From the IMG/VR virus record IMGVR_UViG_3300025147_000063: DNA of 15,361 nucleotides, one strand, 5' to 3'. Below are positions 15,092-15,361 of this stretch, in pieces (the stretch's first letter is position 1; each line of letters begins with the position of its first letter). The stretch is from a virus. The notes below the pieces were generated by a model, which was given only the letters and a program-made list of their open reading frames with translations, searched no databases and was not told the DNA's origin. The translations under genes and the position numbers were made by a program.

Positions 15092-15361
15092 ATGATTATA
15101 AATAATATAGAAGTAGATTTTGACATATTTGAAACTGAAAACTTAAAAAAGTTTGAAATTGGAATTGAGGAAATAGACAATGAAATTCACAACACAACTA
15201 GTAAAACATTAAAGCAGTACGAACAAGCTGAAATATACTGTAAAGGAGTTATTAATTTATGTAATAACTTATTTGGTGAAGAAAAAGCTAACAAAATACT
15301 AGAAGGTATAAAAGGTAACTTTTTAAAATGTACTAGAATTTTTGGAGAAATAGTAGACAAG
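15092..15361 (+). CDS. tail assembly protein (partial at window edge)
   Basis: ATG after GGAAGAGG; MIINNIEVDFDIFETENLKKFEIGIEEIDNEIHNTTSKTLKQYEQAEIYCKGVINLCNNLFGEEKAN..., position after major tail protein; open to window end. Confidence 0.65.
   Translation, partial: MIINNIEVDFDIFETENLKKFEIGIEEIDNEIHNTTSKTLKQYEQAEIYCKGVINLCNNLFGEEKANKILEGIKGNFLKCTRIFGEIVDK

Noticed and set aside
1-15361. CRISPR arrays, integrase, transposase or insertion sequence ends
   Set aside because: No regularly spaced direct repeats or recognisable recombinase/transposase seen in this window, so prophage versus free phage cannot be decided.

Overview
AT-rich (Clostridium-like) phage or prophage segment, transcribed left to right. 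Roughly 1-5.5 kb holds replication/recombination and accessory genes: a DEAD/DEAH helicase split by a +1 frameshift, a YopX-like protein, an HNH/AP2-type endonuclease, a RecU-like resolvase, a run of small membrane and Cys-rich proteins, and a putative late regulator. Roughly 6.4-15.4 kb is an A118/SPP1-like head and connector module: terminase with a fused small-subunit-like N-terminus, portal, minor capsid, an HExxH protein, GP20-type scaffold, P22-coat-like major capsid, connector/minor capsid proteins, major tail protein, and a partial tail assembly gene. The most unusual region is the ~0.58 kb non-coding gap at 5504-6088, just upstream of terminase. It holds an extended -10 promoter, a short hairpin RNA with terminator, an 89-nt tRNA-Leu-like cloverleaf with encoded CCA but a degenerate elbow and anticodon loop, an 11-bp helix enclosing a multi-hairpin domain, a ~95-nt long-range stem, and a strong terminator. 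I propose this as a candidate large structured phage ncRNA linked to a tRNA mimic. All calls are from reading sequence only; no searches or folding programs were run.
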